Shown here piece after piece: positions 60,253-64,000 of a stretch of DNA of 64,000 bases. The notes under the pieces were generated by a model, which searched no databases, was not told the origin of the DNA, and was given only the letters and a program-made list of their open reading frames with translations. Numbering within the stretch: position 1 is the stretch's first letter; each line of letters opens with the position of its first letter. This DNA is from Vicugna vicugna (lineage: Eukaryota): assembly GCA_013265495.1 (NCBI GenBank), contig MU057584.1:412608-476607 (forward strand), given 5' to 3'. The translations under genes and the position numbers were made by a program.

Positions 60253-60840
60253 TGTCGAACCCAGGAACCTAAGTTCATATACCCAATGCACAGTGAGGCC
60301 AAACCAAAACATCTGAGTTTGGAGCAGAGTACGGGTGGCTCAGACTTTAAAGACAGTTTTCAGGGAAGAGTTTTTAAAGGCAGATTTGGTGAGGAAGGGC
60401 TGCAGGATGTGTGACTTTCTTCTGGTTGTTTGGAGGGGGGTCGCTGGGTGTTATGCCAGGAATCTGGTGCCCAGCCTAAAGTTACATCCATCTGGGTAGG
60501 GCCTTAACTCAAAGACGCATTGTTCTGTAGATCCCCTGAGGAGGAACTAGGATCCTGCCTATTGCCAGCTCTGTTGTTTGACTGCTTTTCCTTTGCTTCT
60601 GCCTTCCCTCCCTTACTTGACTAGTAAATCTTTGAACCTGCTCTTAGGGAGGGTCTAGGAGGCTGAAGCCTCTCTCCCATAAACAAGAAAACTGGACATG
60701 ACATATATCTATATAACTGAATCACTGCTGTATATCAGGAGTTAACACAACATTGTAAATCAACTATACTTCAACTAGAAAAAAAAAGAAAGAAAGAAAA
60801 TAAGGGGATAAGGAAAGGCTTTTGTATCTGGGAGGGACCC
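60253..60840 (-). mobile_element. ERV1-type solo LTR in TOMM40 intron with nested L1 3' tail (~60700-60800)
   Basis: Starts tgtcgaacccagg; gagtttggagcagag and aaaggcttttgtatctgggaggg resemble artiodactyl ERV1 LTRs; L1 tail actgaatcactgctgta...tgtaaatcaactatacttcaa plus A run. Confidence 0.7.
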
Positions 60841-60865
60841 TCACGCATCCCCTTCTCCCTCACAG

Positions 60866-60971
60866 ACCCAGCAGTCGAAGTTTGTGAACTGGCAGGTAGA
60901 CGGGGAATACCGGGGTTCCGACTTCACGGCAGCCGTCACCCTGGGGAACCCAGACGTCCTGGTGGGTTCAG
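60866..60971 (+). CDS. TOMM40: TOMM40 coding exon 5 (gene continues beyond window)
   Basis: [35 protein letters not shown]|gtaaga. Confidence 0.97.
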
Positions 60972-61544
60972 GTAAGAGGCCCAGGGCTTGGAGGGTGGTT
61001 CAACCCCCGCCCCAGCTCAACCAGCAAATCCATTTCTTTCTCCCTCCTTTTCTACTATCCAAGAACTGGTCCAGGGCAGGAATGTCTTGAGAACATGGGG
61101 CCCCATAGCATTGTGGGTGAGAAAGCGATTGAAGCCCCAGCTGTGCTGCTGTCTCAACTGCGATTATATGCACTTTCATCACTTCTGTGGGCCTGTTTCC
61201 TCATCTGTAAAATCAGATTGCCTCACAGACTTGTTGAGTAGGTCGTGGAAGTTCATATGTCTGGAGAGCTTCAAATAGGGTTAAGCATGTGACAGGTCCC
61301 AAGATGAACTGCTCTTGTTACTACTTGTGCGGCTCTGGGGTTGCCTGGGGGCAGAGAGCAGATCCCAAGGCAGGCGGGGTCTACGTGCAGTTGCGCGCAG
61401 TTGCGGGGAAGCAAGTGAGTCTGAGATGGAAGCTGATGGGGTTAGCTGGGGGCAGGGACCGTCTGACTTCTTCTGTCTGTACTTCTCCGCTTTGGTTCCC
61501 TTTTTTTTTTTTTCTCATCTCTAGGTGTCTGCCTTTGATTTCTC

Positions 61545-62230
61545 TACATTCATTTAGTGAGTGTTTAGCGATCACGTACTGTGTATATTCTAGACCCCAA
61601 GGGTAAGGTGGTGAACAAAGGAAAATTAAGTTCGTCCTCTGGGAGCCTCCATTCTCCTGACACAAGTAAAGCAGCATATAAAGAAAAGACGTAGTGATGG
61701 AGTGATGTGAAAAGATTACAGCCTCAGGAGCGCTGGGTGGAGTCTGCAGAAAAGGCTTCGTTACATAACTAATGTTTGCACGAAGACTGAGGGGTGTGAG
61801 GGAAGGTGTCAAGCAAATACATGGGAAAAGAGCTTTTCAGCTGGAAGGAACAGCAAGTGCAAAGGCTCTGAGGTAGAACCCTTTACTGGAACGTCAAGGA
61901 AGATCCGGGCTGTAATGAAAGAGGAAGGAGGGCAATGAGGCCAAATCACATAAGGCTTTGTAAAACTTTGGTTTTACTCTGAGTGAGTCTGGGGTTATCA
62001 GAGGATTTTGAGAGGAGCAGGGTCTGACTTAGCTTCTAATGGGACCCCTTGTGCCAACACATGGAGACTGGACCACAAGGGGTTCCAGCCTGGGGACAGT
62101 GGAGGCGGGGAGAAGTGATGTACTTTGAAGCTGGAGCAGTGGGGATTGCTGATGGATTGGGTGTTGGGGATAAGAGAGAGGTCAGAAATAAGAGATCAGT
62201 CCCCTTCTTTTTGGCTTGGACCACTGGAAG
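61545..62230 (-). mobile_element. L2 LINE fragment
   Basis: cattcatttagtgagtg...aacagcaagtgcaaaggctctgagg...ggattgctgatggattgg. Confidence 0.65.
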
Positions 62231-64000
62231 GGTGGCGTTGGTTCCCACCTTGTGGCTGGGCCCTAGGCTCTTGGGCAGTGAGCGCTGAGTGAATGCATGT
62301 GTGAGGTGGGAAGCCAGGATATCTGGGAGTCCCCAGGGAGAGCCCTCACTTCTGCCTTCTGGAGGCTCAGGAGCCTTTGCAGAGGTGTCACCTTTGAGCT
62401 TCCAGAAGAAGGGGAGGAGAGGAGCCGTGAAGGTGAGGAGAGAGGGACGGGCTGGGAGATGGGAGGCTTGGCATGAGAGGCCTCCTAGGTGGGCTGCATC
62501 CAGGGGCCCCAGAGCGGGGGTCCTGTCCCCTCCACCCTCCTCTTCCACCTGCTCACATGCTCACTGCAGCTGGACCACAAGAGCTCTTCTGGAATCGCTG
62601 TGTTGTTTCTTCCCCGGGCCCCTCTCTTTCATCTGCCATCCCCACTGCTTGGAATTCTTTCTGATCTTGACATGGCTGAATGAACGCCTCTCAGGACACA
62701 CACCACCCTCGCTGAGAGACCTTCCTTGGCTAAAGTGATGTTCGCGTCTCCGTGGTAGCCCTTCCCTCTGAAGTGGTCTCGCTCTTCCTCACCTGCCTCC
62801 CACGCTAGGACATCAGCTCTCTGCAGGCAGGGAGTCGTCTGCTTACTCACTACTGTCTGCGCAGCACCTGGAACCATGCTGGGAACAGAGTAGGTGCTCA
62901 GAAAATGCTGAGTGATGGTTATAGCGCAAGCTGGTTTCCACCTCCTGCCCTTTATCAGGCCCAAAGCTTATCGTGCGCACTTTGTCTCTCATTCGAGGCA
63001 CTAGGGGTAGAGTGATGAAGAAACAAGTGGTCCTGTAGAAGCTCACAGAATCCTCAGCAGCCCTGTGGGGTTGGTGCTGCCATCACCCCCAACTCATCGA
63101 GGCCCACAGGGACAGGTGCTTCCCCAAGGACATCAGCGAGTCCACCTCCAGAGTTCCGGCTCCTCTAGCACTGGCCCGCGCCCTGCGAACACTCACCAGC
63201 GTCGTCCTTCCATCTTCCCAGCGCTGGCCTCTCCTTCCCTCTTCCCTGGAGCCCAAGGCCACTGGTGACACTCTCGTCTCTCAGTTCTTAACAGGTGTCC
63301 CTTCGTCCCCCCGAGACACTGATCAAAACTACTGGGCCCGGGTCAGTGCTGACCACCTGTAGTCGGTGGCTCCGCCCCCTCTGAGCCTCAGTTTCCTTGT
63401 CTGTCTCTCGGGCACAGTAGCAGTGAGCACATCTTCCTGAGGGAGCAGTGGGAGAGCCCAGCTTCAGCCCCGAGTACGGGGCGAGCTATGCCTAGTTAGG
63501 GTGCACTCCCACCACGGGTCAGGGCTCAGTGTTCCCACAGATGAGGGCAGGGCTCAGGGGTGAAACGGACACAGCTAGGAAGCAGAGGAGCTGAGATTTG
63601 AATCGCAGCCTCTGCCTCACTGAGGAGCCCGTCGTTTCACTTCAGTTCCTTCCCATGGCCTCAGTTCCTCCCCTGGAGCCTCTGCTTCATTCTGAGCACC
63701 TCGCGCACCTGTGCCTGTTCTGGGCTGGGTGGTGCTGGGACCCAAAGCCAGAGAGCCCCTGCCTGCCCTGTAGGTTTCCGGAGACCAGGCTCCTTTTCCA
63801 GGCCAGCTGCACTCTGCCCCTTGCCCGCGGCCTCCTCTTTGCCCACAGATCCCTGACTCACTTCCTGTCCTTCTTGCGGGGTCTTGAGCTCCGTGGTTTC
63901 TCCCTCGCTGCTCCAGACGTTGCAGAATGGCCCCTGGTTGAGAACCACTGGTCTTGACAAAGCTCCTTCCTTGGGGAGCTCCCGGGTCATGGGGGAGCTG

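Noticed and set aside
61501..61513. Poly-T in the TOMM40 intron as a counterpart of the human 523 poly-T variant
   Set aside because: Short generic T run with no evidence of orthology.

Overview
Mammalian (not microbial) genomic DNA, syntenic to human 19q13.32 just upstream of APOE. Four protein-coding genes lie on the + strand: the 3' part of CBLC (1-~9930), complete BCAM (15 exons, 628 aa), complete NECTIN2 with both alternative 3' ends (alpha 481 aa, delta 537 aa), and the 5' part of TOMM40, which runs off the window. All coding exons were read by eye with GT-AG borders and consistent phases. There are no Alu elements. The tRNA-derived SINEs and L1 tails look camelid (Vic-1-like), which is an inference. 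The rest is mostly old transposons (L2, MIR, MaLR, Tigger, hAT), LTRs and microsatellites. Most notable non-routine signals: (1) a TSD-flanked poly(A) retro-insertion in the last NECTIN2 intron that could form a new in-frame terminal exon; (2) a candidate spliced minus-strand transcript head-to-head with NECTIN2; (3) a CBLC cassette exon that switches the reading frame of the C-terminus; (4) homotypic motif arrays (ZNF143-like and CCAAT before TOMM40, TGTCTACACTGG in NECTIN2 intron 3, TGACCT/AGGTCA clusters); (5) an LTR with a nested L1 tail inside a TOMM40 intron. No database searches were run; repeat family names and cross-species comparisons are from recall.
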